Shown here one piece after another: positions 1 through 11,978 of a stretch of 64,000 bases of DNA (position 1 is the stretch's first letter; each line of letters starts with the position of its first letter). The stretch comes from Squalus acanthias. Its lineage: Eukaryota. Location: NCBI GenBank assembly GCA_030390025.1, contig CM059430.1, forward strand, positions 61,194,001 through 61,258,000, written 5' to 3'. Position numbers and translations under genes: made by a program. Below the pieces are notes generated by a model. The model searched no databases. It was given only the letters and a program-made list of their open reading frames with translations, and was not told where the DNA came from.

Positions 1-1608
1 TGTTACGCACCCTGCTCAAAAATCGTGTGGGATGTAAAATGGGTGGACGATCAGCTATCACCTGTTTTGCGCCTTGCTGAAGTTGACTTTTATCCCCCAT
101 GTCTTTCTTTAGCTATTTTGTATACCTTTAACACTTTGATGTCGAGCGCGTGATGGATCCTCCCAATACTTTAAAATTTGCCAGAAAGTTGGAAGCCATT
201 ACTAAGTACCATTAATGACATAAAAGTTTTTACTCCTGGTCAATATAATAAGAACGTAAGAACATAAGAAATAGGAGCAGGAGTAGGCCATTCAGCCCTT
301 CGAGCCTGTTCCTCTATTCAATAAGTTCAAGGCTGATCTTCTACGTCAACTCACCTTTCCCTCCCTATCCCGATATCCCTCAATTCCATTAGTGCCCAAA
401 ATCATTCAATCTCATTCTTGGATATACTCATTGGCTGAGCATTCACAACCATCTGAGGTAGAGAATTCCAAAAATTCACAACCCTCTGAGTGAAGAAATT
501 TCTTCTCAGCTCAGTCCTAAATGGCCGACTCCTTATCCTGAGATTATGGCACCTAGCTCTAGATTCTCCAGTCTGGGGAAACAGTCTCTCATCTCAGCAT
601 CTACCCTGTCAAGCCCTCTCAGAATTTTATACATTTCAATGAGATCACCTCTCATTCTTCTAAACTCTAGAGAATATATTCCCATTCTACTCAATCTCTC
701 CTCATAGGACAGCCCTCTCATCCCAGGAATCAATCTAGTGAACCTTTGTTGCACTCTCTCTAAGGCAAGTACATCCTTCCTTAGGGTAAGGAGACCAAAC
801 TGTACGCAGTACTTCAAGTGTGGTCTCACCAAAACCCGATATAATTGCAGCAAGACTTCCTTACTCTTATACTCCAACCCCCTTGCAATAAAAGCTAACA
901 TACCATTTGCCTTCCTAATAGTTTGCTGTACCTGCATGTTAACTTTCTTTGATTCGTGTACAAGAACACTCAAATCTCTCTGAATACCAACATTAACTAG
1001 TCTCTCACCTTTTAAAAAATATTCTGCTTTTCTATTCTTCCTACCAAAGTGGATAATTTCACATTGCCCCACATGATTGTCCACCTGCCACCATCTTGCC
1101 CAATCACCTTCTTGGGATCATCTATATCCCTTTGCAGCCTCTTTGCGTCCTCCTCACAGCTTACTTTCCCACCTAGCTTTGTATCATCAGGAAACTTAGA
1201 TATATTACACTCGTTCCCCTCACCTAAGCCATTGTTATAGATTGTAAATAACTGAGGCCCAAGCACTGATCTTTGCGGCACTCCACTAGTTACAACCTGC
1301 CAACCTGAAAATGACCTGTTTATTCCTAATCTCTGTTCTCTGTACATTAACCAATCCTCAATTCATGCTAACATATTACCCCCAATGTCATGAGACCTAA
1401 TTTTTTTTTGTAACAACCTCTTGTGCGGCACCTTATCAAATGCCTTCTGAAAATCCAAGTATAATACACCCACTGGTTCACCCTTATCTGTCCTGTCAGT
1501 TACACCCTCAAAAAACTCTAATAGTTTTGCCCAACACGATTTCCCTTTCATAAAACTGTGTTGACTCTGCCTAATCATATTATGATTTTCTAAGTGCCCT
1601 GTTACTGA

Positions 1609-2450
1609 GGGGGCGATTTTGCCAGCCCTGGGGAGGCGGGTTTGGAGGTTGGACTGCCAGGAAAATGGCAGAATCTGGGGGCGGGTACCCATCCCGCCCC
1701 CCAACCCGTCTGTGTGCCATTTTCCCAGGAGGCGGGTACCCGACCCGCGCCGGGTCCCATCTCCTGGATGCAGGAAGGGGATTACAACCACTTAACTGCC
1801 TGTTAACAGGTAGTTAACAGGCAGTTAAGAGGATGATCCCCATTTTTCCAGCTAGGTGCTGGCTTCCCAATGTCGGGAAACCCCGTCAGGGTCAGCGAGG
1901 CGAGCAGTGGGTCTGCGGGCGTGAGAGGGGTCCAAAAGTGCGATGTGGAGGTGAGTGATGGGTGTAAGTGTGGAGAGTTAAGTATGTGAGGTGAGTGAAA
2001 AGTGTTAGAAAAAGTTTACTTACCTTTTTTCTTCATGCGGGCGTCAATCGTTGGGGATCCAGAGGCTCCGGCATCTCCACGGCAGAGATGACAGAATGGT
2101 TGCTGCATTCTCCGATGCAACAGCCATCTGCTTTCTGCTCAGGAAATAGATTTGCTGAGCCTTGAGTACAAGAACTCACCAAACAACAGAGATTGTCAGT
2201 GTTTGACAGCTTCTCAAAGCTGTCAAATGATAACAATTCATCTGTCAAAAATTTTTGACAGATGAAACGTCACACACTGATATTCTCTGTCATTGGCTTT
2301 CCCTTAATTGGCCTGATAAGCCCGCTGGGCGGGCTTAACAAGGTCAATCAAGGGAAAATAGCGTGGATTGGCCACAAGTCGATGGAGGCAGGACTAAAAC
2401 CCGACAAGCAGCAGTCCCGCCTCCAATGCGCCATTGGCAAAATCACCCCC
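1609..2450. mobile_element. Non-autonomous DNA transposon (PIF/Harbinger-like MITE)
   Basis: TIRs GGGGGCGATTTTGCCA / TGGCAAAATCACCCCC; interrupts the CR1 frame between ...IIRD and VTGHL...; TIR shared with 4564-6042; no clean TSD. Confidence 0.8.
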
Positions 2451-2637
2451 CATGTCTCTAATAATAGATTCTAGCATTTTCCCTACTACCAATGTCAGGC
2501 TAACTGGCCTATAGTTCCCTGTTTTCTCTCTCCCTCCTTTCTTGAACAGCGGGATTACATTTGCTACTTTCCAATCTACGGGGACCATTCTAGAATCTAT
2601 TGAATTCTGGAAGATCAAAACCAATGCATCCACTATC

Positions 2638-4416
2638 ATAACATGAAAGAGAATTCAAATGTCTTCTATAGGCATATAAATAGTAAATGGGTAGTAAGAG
2701 AAGGGGTGGGGCTGATTAGGGACCAAAAAGGAGATCTACGCATGGAGGCAGAGAGTATGGCTGAGGTACTAAATGAGTACTTTGCATCTGTCTTCACCAA
2801 GGAAGACGATGCGGCCAAAGTCATAGTGAAAGAGGAAGTAATGGAGATACTGGATGGGATAAAAATTGATAAAGATGAGGCACTAGAAAGGCTGGCTATA
2901 CTTAAAGTAGATAAGGACTGGATGGGATGCATCCTAGGATGCTGAGGGAAATTAAGGTGGAAATCGCGGAGGTACTGGCCATAATCTTCCAATCCTTCTT
3001 GGATACGGGGGTGGTGCCAGGGGACTGGAGAATTGGAAATGTTATACCCTTGTTCAAAAAAGGGTGTAAGGATATACCCAGCAACTACAGGTAGTGGAGA
3101 AGCTTTTAGGAACAATAATCAGGGACAAAATTAACAATCACTTGGACAAGTTTGGATTAAATAAGGAAAGCCAGCATGGATTTGCTAAAGGCAAATTGTG
3201 TTTAATTAACTTGATCGAGTTTTTTGATGAGGTAACAGAGGGTTGATGAGGGTAATGCGGTTGACGTAGTGTACATGGACTTCCAAAAGGCGTTTGATAA
3301 AGTGCCACATAATAGGCTTGCCAGCAAAATTGAAGCCCATGGAATAAAAGGGACAGTGGCAGCATGGGTATGAAATTGGCTAAGTGACAGGAAACAGAGA
3401 GTAGTGGTGATCGGTTGTTTTTTGGACTGGAGGAAGGTATACAGCAGTGTTCCTCAGGGGTCGTACTAGGACCACTGCTTTTCTTGATATATATTAATGA
3501 TTTGGACTTGGGTGTACAGGGCACAATTTCAAAATTTGCAGATGACACAAAACTTGGAAGTATAGTGAACAGTGAGGAGGATAGTGATAGACTTCAAGAG
3601 GACACAGACAGACTGATGCAATGGGCGGACACGTGGCAACTGAAATTTAACGCAGAAAAGTGCGAAGTGATACATTTTGGTAGAAAGAATGAGGAAAGGA
3701 AATATAAACTCAAGGGTACAATCCTAAAGGGGTGCATAAACAGAGAGATCTAGGGGTATATGTGCACAAATCGTTGAATGTGGCAGGGCAAGTTGAGAAA
3801 GCGGTTAAAAAACTTACGGGATCCTGGGCTTCATGAATAGAGGTATAGAGTGCAAAAGCATGGAAATTATGATGAACCTGTATAAAACACTAGTTCGGCC
3901 TCAACTGGAGTATTGTGTCCAATTCTGGGCATTGCACTTTAGGAATGATGTGCAGACCTTAGAGAGGGTGCAGAAAAGATTTACGAGAATGATTTCAGGA
4001 ATGAGGGACCTCAGTTACGTGGATAGACTGGAGAAGCGGGGATTGTTCTCCATGGAGCAGAGAAGGTTGAGAGGAGATCTAATAGAGGTATTCAAAATCA
4101 TGATGGGTCTAGACAGAGTAGATAGAGAGAAACTGTTCCCATTGGTGGAAGGGTTGAGAACCAGTGGACACAGATTTAAGGTGATTGGCAAAAGAACCAA
4201 AGGCGACATGAGAAAAAACTTTTTTACTGAGCAAGTGGTTAGGATCTGGAATGCGCTTCAAAAGGGAATTGGATAAGTAGCTGAAGGAAAAAAAATTGCA
4301 GAGCTATGGGGATAGGGCAGGGGCATGGGACTAGCTGAAGTGCTCTTGCAGAGAGCCGGAACCGTCTCAATGGGCCGAATGTCCTACTTCTGTGCTGTAA
4401 CCATTCTATGATTCTC
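2638..4416 (+). mobile_element. 5'-truncated CR1 LINE nested in the minus-strand CR1
   Basis: ORFs 2643..2945, 3415..3753 (KFADDTKL), 3833..4276; ends in a TTCTATGATTCT tail; the host CR1 resumes on both sides. Confidence 0.9.
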
Positions 4417-4563
4417 TGGTTCTGCAGCCATCTCTCTTAAAACCTGAGGATGTAGGCAATCAGGTCCAGGGGATTAGATGGCTTTTAGTCCCATTAATAT
4501 CTGCAGTACTTTTTCTTTACTAATATTAATTACTTTAAGTTCCTGACTCTCATTAGACCCTTG

Positions 4564-6042
4564 GGGGGTGATTTTCTGAGGCCCGAGGAGGTGGGTTTGG
4601 AGGCGGGAAAGGCGGAAAAATCGGAAAAAATGAGTGCGGGTCTGGAACCCGCCTCCAACCCGCCTCCGCGGGATTTTGCCGGTGCCGGTTTTGCAGGGCG
4701 GGAAACGGTCCCGCCTCCAGCTGGCCAGAGAGCTTGTTAAGAGGCTTAAATGCTTGTTAAGGGCCTCTCTAAGCCTATTTTGAGAGGCCCTCATTATTTT
4801 TCGACCATTTCGGCGTGTTCCACGACCCTCCTAAACCACGCCAGCTAAACCTGGTGGGTTGACAAGTCTCCTCACAGCTGCAGCTCAAACATTAAATCGA
4901 AGATTTCATCAGGGATTAGTTGTAGGTGGCAGAACTTTGCTTTAAAAGGTCTTTGAGCACTTTTAGCAGGCCTTCCGAAGTCGGAGGTGCTGCAGCTTGA
5001 ATCTATCAACTGTGGGACCTCCTTGGAAGACCGTCTCCCCGCTTGCAATGAGCGCTTCCCCAACGGAGGCATCTGCAAGCAGCATGGGAACCATTCATTT
5101 TCTTTCACCATGGACCTCAGATGAGGATGAGGAGGAGGAGGAGGAGGATGAGGAGGAGGAGGTTCTGGAGGAGGAGGAAGATCTGGAGGAGGAGGAGGAG
5201 CAGGAGGAGGACAAGGAGCAGGAGGAGGACGAGGAGCAGGAGGAGAAGGTCAGAGCACCGGTGTATCGACCAGCAGCAGCGGCAGCATGCGAGCACATGG
5301 CTGCCCGTGATGCAAGGGATGAACTTATCCTGGCCAGATTTGCATAGGTTGTCCAAGTTGGCACATATCCTTGGCTCCATCTTAAGACATCATTGACAAT
5401 GGACATGACTCTCTGGCCACCAACCTGACAACGCAAGTGTTGCGGAGCCCACAATGTGGAGCTGCCTAAGGCAAAAGAACAGATGCCATAACGCCAACAT
5501 TTTGGCATCAAATCATTTTAATGCTTTCCAACAGGGATGGCATTTCATCAATACACATAAACATTCACCCAATCTGCACACAGATCTGGAGGTTATATCC
5601 CTTGCCAGCTGGACCCACACAGCCTTGGTTTCTTTGGGAGGCCTCTTCCTCCCAGATGAGTGGAAGAGCACCTCCCTGCTAGCTCTCACCCCCTCAACCA
5701 ACATTTGCAGCGCCTCATCCGAGAACCTCAGGTAGGCCCTTGCCTTGGAATTGGACATAGTGGTTTCTCAGAATATGTTGCAGGTGGTGCAGCATCGGCA
5801 TAAATCCAGTGGAATGATCCAAGGCAGCAAGCAGCCCTAAAATCAGGCTGGAAAAGAGATGTCAGCAGAGGTGAGTTTCAGTCCCAAAACACTAATTGAC
5901 CAAGGGCAACCCACACCTCTGAAATCAAGTGGCCAATCAGGGGAAAATCGCAATTTTTTGGAAACTATCAGTGGAGGCGGGTTTCAAACCCACCCAAACC
6001 AAAACCCGCCTCCATCCCGCCTCCAGTGGGAAAATCGCCCCC
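4564..6042. mobile_element. Internally deleted PIF/Harbinger transposon
   Basis: TIRs GGGGGTGATTTTC / GAAAATCGCCCCC with 3-bp TSD TTG; minus ORF 5513..5758 is Myb/SANT-like (RFSDEALQMLVEGV...W..LA); plus ORF 4997..5347 resembles the acidic transposase C-terminus (AARDARDELILARFA); convergent two-gene layout typical of Harbinger. Confidence 0.85.
5120..5248 (+). repeat. (GAG)n-rich low-complexity tract (poly-Glu in the Harbinger remnant)
   Basis: Direct reading of GAG/GAT/CAG triplets. Confidence 0.9.
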
Positions 6043-6763
6043 TTGGTTTCCCACTATGTAGCCCTCCGGTATGTTTTTTGTGTTGTCTATTGTGAAGACA
6101 GATACAAAATATTTGTTTAACGTCTCTGCCATTTCCTTATTACCCATTATAATTTCTCCTGTCCTTGCCTCTAAGGGACCGAAGTTAACTTTTGCCAATT
6201 TCTTCCTTTTTACATACTTGTAGAAGCTCTTACAATCGGGGGTTTTTATATTTCTTGGTAGTTTATTTTCATATTCTATTTTCTTCCTCTTTATTAATTT
6301 CTTGGTCATCTTTTGCTGATTTTTAAAACCCTCCCAATCGTCAGGCTTACCACTCTTTTTGGCAACATTGTAAGCCTCTTCTTTTAATCTAATACTAACC
6401 TTAACTTCTCTAGTTAGCCACGGTTGGACCACGTTTGCAGTGGAGTTTTTATTCCTCAAGGGAATGTATACTTGTTGAGAGTTATGAATTAAAAAAAAAA
6501 TGTTTGCCATTGCTTATCTACCATCATATCTTTTAATCTAATTTCTAATCTAGTTTAGCCAACTAGCCCCTCATACCTATGTAATTGGCTTTGTTTAAAC
6601 TTAAGACCCTACTTTCGGACTTAACCCCATCACTCTTATGTTGATGCCCACATTGGAAAAAGTACTTCAAACCAACATTTTTCATATTTTTCTTTATGAG
6701 CAATGCCATGAGAGACCAACTAGTTGTAGTTACATAAGTATATCAATGTATTTTATTAAATAT

Positions 6764-6771
<8 letters not shown>

Positions 6772-6799
<28 letters not shown>
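6772..6799. repeat. (TA)14 microsatellite
   Basis: Direct reading. Confidence 0.95.
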
Positions 6800-9299
6800 A
6801 GAGTTTCTATATGGTCATTGCAAGTGGTGGATTATTATGTATTATGATGTCAGCCTCATTAACAACTCCATGCCAACACATGTTACCCAGTCACATCCCT
6901 GCAGGAAGAGAACCTATTAGACTAATTTGCCGAGTTTAGGTGATTAAGGTTATAGGATTAATGGTGCATTTATGTTGCACTAAAGTTTGACCCAAGTTCA
7001 GTTTTGAGAGTGTTGTGAGTAGATAGAATCGAGTTGTATTGACCAGTCTTTAGCTTTGTCTGCTTAGGTAAAGCAAGACTCTCTTTTGCCAGCCTCAAGC
7101 TGCTGGAGAAGTTTCTATAATGTTAGAACTAGAGGTAAGGGCAGACAGGGAGAGTCAGAGACTGAGAATGGAGGCGAGAAAGCAAGAAATGGAGACTGGA
7201 AATGTAGGTGAACAGAGCCAGAAATGGAGAAGATACAGATGCCGAAGGAAGGTATTTTTTTGTAGGTGTAGTGTCCAAGAGTCCAGGGGAGGTTGTCATT
7301 GGTCAGCAATTCCTGAAGTAACAACACATGAATGTTTAAGTGAGTCCTAGCTCAAATAATCTACCAATGTGATCTCATTACATCTGGTATAAAAACAAAT
7401 AAGAACATAAGAATGGAGAATAAGAAAGGCAATTCAACCCATCCAGCTTACTCTGACATTCCTTTTTGAGCTTCAATTGCTATTTTTAAATCTCCTTTCA
7501 GGCCCGTTGCCAATTTCATATCACTCAGCTGATGCATTGTCCTGATGATGCAGACTGAACCAAAATCACGACTTGTGGGCACTGGGCTAGAAATATTTTT
7601 TGTCTGAATGGGAGAGAGAAAGAGAGGTGGGCATGATCTTTGTTACATACATTGGAGAAACACCAATCAAATAGGAGCTGATAATCAATAAGTAATAATG
7701 TGAAATACCAAGTTATATGTACTATATATTACATGCAACACTCATGGTCTGTAACAGTTTGTAACTGAACTATGTTAATCTTTTATCAATTTCTAAAATT
7801 AAGTACAGCAAAAAGTTAATATATGTATCATCTGAGATGAGATTGGCCAAACTCAATTTCCTTAGGTTTCTTAAAACCAGCAAAATTTCATACCCAGGTT
7901 CCAGAGGGGAGATGACAGTGCTGTAATCTAGTACATTATCCAGTCCCTGGTAAAAAATAATGTCGCATTACGCTATTTATTGTATAGCAAAGGTACCTGA
8001 ACAGACCTGGATTGATAATTGATTCTTTGGCATAAGATGTAAACTGATATTCTACTTCTCCTTGACAGCACTGAACCACATCAATTGAATTGTGCTGATG
8101 CTTCCTTCAGTTACAGTAATGAATAGTATAGAGGGAAGTTAGTTGCTCGGCATGCCACATTGGTGATGTCATAAAAGCCATATTTCTGAGAATTATGACA
8201 TCATAGAGAGGCACTGGCAACAATATGACATCAATAAACTTTGTTCCCATTGGTCTATCTTCAGATACATACAAATAAGTTCAGTGATCCTGCGCTCCCA
8301 GCATGTAGCAGCTCTTGAAGGGTGCACAGGTTGGAAATAGCTCAACTGCATGATTATCCAGCTCATGCTTCCTTTGAGCATGGCTCCCTGCTGGAAGCAC
8401 AGCATCAGTGAATTTACCCTAAAGTTAAGTGGAAGCAAAGTTTCGGGGCAGTACTTTTTTTAAACCGACTTCACATTAATATCTTAAAAGTTTCTTTGAT
8501 ATTCTTTAAAATACATCAGTTTTGTTCCTGGCATAAAACCCTTGACTAGGGTCTCTTTTATGATAGGTTGCTCCAGCGACATTAGTTGTAGGCAGTGTCC
8601 AAAGACTGAACAGCAGGGAGCACAACTTTAAATCAGGCAGAGGGCTGCTCCGAGCTGGATGACCCAGAAAGCCACACTACAGGTTGGGAGTGCAGCTTTC
8701 CCACCTGAGGTGAGGTGACCTGCAGTTCTGAGGCTCTAAGCAGTTGAGGCCAGGCTTGCCCTCAGCTGAGATGCCCTCACTGTTGAACAGAGCTACGGAC
8801 ACTCCCTGTATATGTTTACACATGGAAAATTATCACTTGGCACTCGTGGAAACAAACCTGTTGGCAGCATCTTAGGAGAGAAGACAGGAAAAGTGGAAAA
8901 TAGAGAGAAGAAGGATAAGAGTGTAAAGTTCATATTTGAACTTCTGTTAGGGTTTATTGCCATTGAAGACTGAATGAAAAAGAAATACGATTATTAAGGT
9001 TTAAAAGAACTTGGACATGAACTTCCAAGCGTTGAGTTGTGTCACTGTTATGCCAATGAAAACAATGGTCTGGAGAAGTATTTACACGAGAGTTTCCAGG
9101 GTGAGCTCATTTGCATAATTGGAGTAGTCATTGGCATGTATCCCGTGTAAAACAAGTATAATTTGCTGGAGTACATGGAAACAGGAGTGGCAGCCTTTAT
9201 AAACACAGTTCAGCCTACACACTTCAGCATCAGACTGGGGGACAACCAGTTCAGGAAGGAGTAGTGCTTGGCTCACTCACTTGACTCTCAGATAACTTC

Positions 9300-10900
9300 A
9301 CTGCTTGTCTCATCTATCTTTTTATGATACTTTTCAAAAACGTCTCCAGCAGGACCATCTGCACCAAGCAAGGCAGCAGCGCATGGCACCAAGCCAGAGA
9401 AGAACCCAGAATTTTTCTGATTCTGACCTCCAAGCCCTCCTGGAGGAAATTGAATTAAGGAGGCACAGACTCCTTTTGGCAGAAAGCCAGCCAGGAATGT
9501 CAGTTGTGCCACGTGAAGGTAAGTGTCAATAGCACTGGCACTCAGTGCCAACTTTCTCACTCCCAGGACTACAGACCAGTGCCAAAAGAAGTTCAGTTAC
9601 TTCATCAGGGCAGGCAATGTAACACACTGGACACTCCTCCTTCCTTCCATCAATACAGCCTTCACTCTCTTAAAGCAACATTTGTCCATCTAACCTTTCA
9701 CAATGCACTCTGATTAAGGGTAGGGTCTAACTCGGCATCTTGCACTATGGCTACCCAGCTCCCCTAATAGTAATTACCTTCATAATCCTGAGGTTTTGTT
9801 CTTTTCCTGTCCCCTTTTCCTGGCTCTGCACTTGCTTAAAAGCTGGTCATATCTAACATCTTCCAGTGCTAATGAAAGGTCACCAACCTGAAATGTTAAC
9901 TCTGTTTCTCTCTCTCCACAGATGCTACCTGACCTGCTGAGTGTTTCCAGCATTTTCTGTTCTTGGTTCAGATTTTCAGCATCTGCACTATTCTGCTTTG
10001 GCATAATTTTAAAATGCTCCTTGTCTGGCTGTCTCTTGTGGATGGAGTGTTATTTGACCGGAAAGCACTAAATTTGGAGTGCAAAAGCTGTTAAAGGACC
10101 ACATCAGTTATAGGAGGCTTATTAAATGGACAATATAGCTGGAACAGTTCCCAGAACTTTCCCCTTCAGTAAGGACAGGTCTTGGTGTGGAGATTACAGA
10201 CTGGGGTCATGAGCCAGGGCAACAAGGGTAGCCCTGGTCCAACAGTAGCATTCTCTCTGATTCATATATGCCACAGAGTTGTTATTTGTCCCCCGGTGGT
10301 AACATAGGAGTCATCAATGAGGCCATGTGCTCTTAGAAACTCAATAAAATGGTAGATGTGTTGTGCCCTCTCCTTTCCATTGGGAAAGTGATAACTATGC
10401 TCCTTTAGTAAACAAGTGACCTGCTTGATGCAGAGGTGGTGTATGGACAGCTGACATTTCTGGCAAATGCTTGAAATGGGATGGTAGCAAAACATTTCAG
10501 TGTGGTAGTGACTTTGATCACCACAGGCAGGGTACACTGTGCTCGATGTTATCTGCCCAGCAGGCTCCAGCATACAGCACAACTCGGTAACTGCCTCCCT
10601 GCTGAAGAGTAACTCTGAAGACAGGTTTCTTCCGACATGTCCAAGTAGTTGTCCCTGGGATGTATGATGTAATTCCTGGTCCACCTGAGGATGGATCTCA
10701 GGTGCTTGTCATGCTAGCGTGCCTGCCTCTCCTCAGGAATTCACCTTCCTTTTCCAAATCCAACACAACCATTAGCAGGCCGCCTATCCATGGCCAGCAA
10801 TGTTTGCAGCCGTGGAGCTAAACCAACGGTAGCAGCAACATTGCTGTGGGAGGTGGTCACTAAAGGTGCGCTGACTTGATAGCAAGCAGCAATCAACAGA
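9300..10900. mobile_element. Old, degraded PIF/Harbinger element (Myb/SANT gene on +, transposase on -)
   Basis: ORF 9305..9532 has RTQNFSDSDLQALLEEIELRRHRL (NAIF1/MSANTD-like); ORF 10262..10684 has FSREAVTELCCML...CIKQVT...GLIDDSYV (HARBI1-like); frameshifted; ends not defined. Confidence 0.65.
9790..10000 (+). mobile_element. Penelope-like-element-derived repeat with decayed hammerhead core
   Basis: CTAATGAAAGGTCACCAACCTGAAATGTT (cf. CTGATGA...GAAA) followed by ACAGATGCTACCTGACCTGCTGAGTGTTTCCAGCA; related fragment at ~55700-55750. Confidence 0.5.
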
Positions 10901-11978
10901 AAAAAATAAACACAAGCTCTAATACTCAAAGCTCAGTTAGTGAAGTGAAAAGCAACAGTTAGAATGCAGCTGTCACCAATGTGGAAACCTAGCTTTAAAT
11001 GGTGTTGTTCAAGGAATTGTTTGCAGGCCTCTGTGTTCTAAGCAGCTGCTCAGTGAATTTGAATAGGGAATGATCAAAGTGAGCTGGGTTTAGGAGAGAG
11101 ACAGGAATGAATTAAAAAATTATAACATTAAATATAAAACTTATAAATTGCAAGACTGGGTGAGTGCAGTGTGTTAGCATACTGTCCTTTCATCTCTGTT
11201 GTTTGGATCTGAACAAAGCCAAAAAGAGGAGAGATGTTCATCTCATACCCAGACCTGTAAAGAAAGACTTAATCAGACTGCCTTGAAGTCTACTAAAGTT
11301 ATAATCATAAGACAGGCTTACTTTATTTTTATCCATGTATGTTTAATATATATGCAGTGACCACTGAACTGTTGAACTAAGACTTACCTTAATGCAATGG
11401 TCAGTTTAGACAATAAACTTAATTAAAATTAACATGTTTGGATTCCCTGGCTGAAAGCTTGCAAGATTTTGTTCTAAGTGCTGCTGTTAAGTGTATGTTT
11501 AATTATTGTTAATAATAATCATTATTATTGTATACTTAATGAATCTGTGGCATCTGACATTTAATGCTGTGAACCCTATTATTTTGAGAAGTAAATTATA
11601 AGTAAGAACACACCTCCTCTAATGGGTCCTAGAGGTGAGGGGACAGTCTGTAATCTAATACACTGCCAGTGAAACAAATTTAATATTGCAACAATTAATT
11701 ATTAGACAATTAACATACATGAACAAGATTGGATGAACCACTTCTTCCTTGGCATTTTATATAAGCTGATATTCTACTTCTCCCTCCACAGCAATGGACT
11801 CATGTAGTTTACATTGTGCTTATCATTCCCTTTCTGTAACAGCACTCAGCTAAACCCAAACTATAATGAGTAGTGTGCAAGGAAGTTAGTTGCTAGGCAT
11901 TGTAATATCTGTGATGTCATAAAGAATATGCCCTTGTAACAATGAAAAAAATCAGTATCATTAAAGATTGTTCGCAAT

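Larger units (their letters stand above)
247..6640 (-). mobile_element. Degraded CR1 LINE (ORF2/RT + 3' UTR), split into four pieces (~247-1608, ~2451-2637, ~4420-4563, ~6043-6640) by three nested insertions
   Basis: Minus ORFs 5968..6510, part of 4474..4794, 2394..2639, 1363..1791, 1012..1347 and 533..1084 are collinear CR1 ORF2 pieces ([34 protein letters not shown]-like); the 3' microsatellite tail reads AGAACATAAG on + near 247-270. Confidence 0.9.

Noticed and set aside
5095-5511. Poly-Arg (protamine-like), poly-Leu and poly-Ser ORFs
   Set aside because: Alternative frames and strands of the (GAG)n tract in the Harbinger remnant; the Arg-rich ORF 40553..40795 is likewise an off-frame read of OGFOD1 exon 10
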